A stretch of 64,000 nucleotides of DNA, taken from the NCBI RefSeq assembly GCF_009914755.1, contig NC_060946.1; one strand, 5' to 3'. Below are positions 62,720-64,000 of this stretch, in pieces. The DNA is from the human T2T-CHM13v2.0 reference genome, Homo sapiens. How positions within the stretch are numbered: position 1 is the stretch's first letter; each line of letters opens with the position of its first letter. A model generated the notes under the pieces. It worked only from the letters and a program-made list of their open reading frames with translations. It was not told the DNA's origin and did not search any database. The position numbers were made by a program, and so were the translations under genes.

Positions 62720-63251
62720 GTAAGGGGATTCAAAACTGTATTCTTGTCTGTATGGTAATTGTCATGCTTCATTCCGTCAATAATAAAAAAATGCTATTAC
62801 ATAAAATGTTATAGGAAATATAAAATTATGTATAGACATAATAAAAATTTGCTTTCTTGAAACAAATAAATGCAGATACAATTTCTAAAAGAATTTCTAG
62901 GGGAAACATTAATGGAAATAGATGCCAAGGCAAAAATCAGGATTTACTAACGAACAGTATGAGGAAGCTAAAGAAAATCGAGAACAGAAGTAAAGAAATC
63001 AAAGAAAAGGAGAAATTACTGAGATGCCAACGAATGAGAATGCCTTCCGGTTCTTCTGATCTGCCCCCAGCCTCATTGATTTTGCAACTGATTAGTTATC
63101 TTTTCATGTTTCTATAGAGTAAATATTAATTCATAATGAGGCTGCAATTTTTAATACTATGCTTATCCCAGTAATAGTCTTTAAGTCTGGTTGAGTGTTA
63201 GGATGCTGTTTCATGAACGGATTTTTGAAATCTTACTCGTCTTTTCCCCAG

Positions 63252-63352
63252 AATGTGGAACTTCCAGACACCTTCTCTCCTGAACTGAAGTCCCTTTTGG
63301 AGGGCTTGCTTCAGCGAGACGTTAGCAAGCGGCTGGGCTGTCACGGAGGCGG
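63252..63352 (+). CDS. GRK3: GRK3 exon 15 ([33 protein letters not shown](G))
   Basis: ttttccccag|AATGTG...AGGCGG|gtaggc; 101 nt. Confidence 0.97.
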
Positions 63353-63549
63353 GTAGGCCATTGTTCCTGCCTTTCGGTATCTTTACCAGAAGAGCAAAAT
63401 AGTGATTTTAAATACTGTCTATCAAAAGTCATCCCTAGTCATTAAAATCTTCCATTTTGACTTGAAAGGGGAAAAAAATAAATCACATGGGAAATATACA
63501 AATATTGTCCTATGTGTTTTATAATTAAGAAGTTGAAGAAGTCACTCAC

Positions 63550-63853
63550 TTTTTTACTTTATTTATTTTTGAGATGGAGTCTTGCCCTGTCACCCAGGCT
63601 GTAGTGCAGTGGCGTGATCTCAGCTCACTGCAACCTCCACCTCCTAGGGTTCAAGCAATTCTCCTGCCTCAGCCTCCTGAGTAGCTAGGACCACTGGGGT
63701 GTGCTACCACGCCTGGCTAATTTTTGCATTTTTAGTAGAGACGGGGTTTTCCTATGTTGGCCAGGCTGGTCTCAAACTCCTGACCTCAGGTGATCCACCT
63801 GCCTTGGCCTCTCAAAGTGCTGGGATTATAGGCGTGAGCCACTGCGGCCAGCC
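63550..63853 (-). mobile_element. AluSx/Sz element
   Basis: gacctcaggtgatccacc; TSD cacttttt. Confidence 0.93.
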
Positions 63854-64000
63854 CACTTTTTAACTTTTAAAGATTGACCTTGTAGATGACAGAAGTGAAT
63901 TCTGATATTTTGTAGTCCATTTGTTTTTTAGTGATGGTTGTATTTGTGATTGTGGCAGTTTAACATTCTGATCAGTTTCTCACATATTTCTCTCATGCAT

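Overview
Human/primate genomic DNA, Alu-, L1-, L2- and MIR-rich. The window is the middle of the G protein-coupled receptor kinase 3 gene (GRK3/ADRBK2) on the + strand. Thirteen internal coding exons (exons 3-15, about residues 64-443) have canonical AG/GT borders and splice into one continuous 1138-nt frame covering the RH domain and most of the kinase domain. Exon and residue numbers come from my recall of the GRK3 protein. The ~17-kb intron 3 holds a near-full-length, same-strand processed pseudogene of the Src-family kinase YES1 (YES1P1, ~6290-11187). It inserted into an old L1 and was later hit by two Alus. I see no new self-contained biological system. The most interesting signals are: (i) the retrocopy's uninterrupted kinase reading frame stops one codon before the inhibitory tail tyrosine, but carries likely inactivating substitutions; (ii) splice and polyA signals in the retrocopy could let it alter GRK3 transcripts; (iii) three templated-insertion scars cluster within ~3 kb; (iv) several Alu insertions are atypical; (v) GRK3 exon 4 has an acceptor with almost no polypyrimidine tract. 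Repeat family assignments come from recalled consensus motifs, and their borders are approximate.
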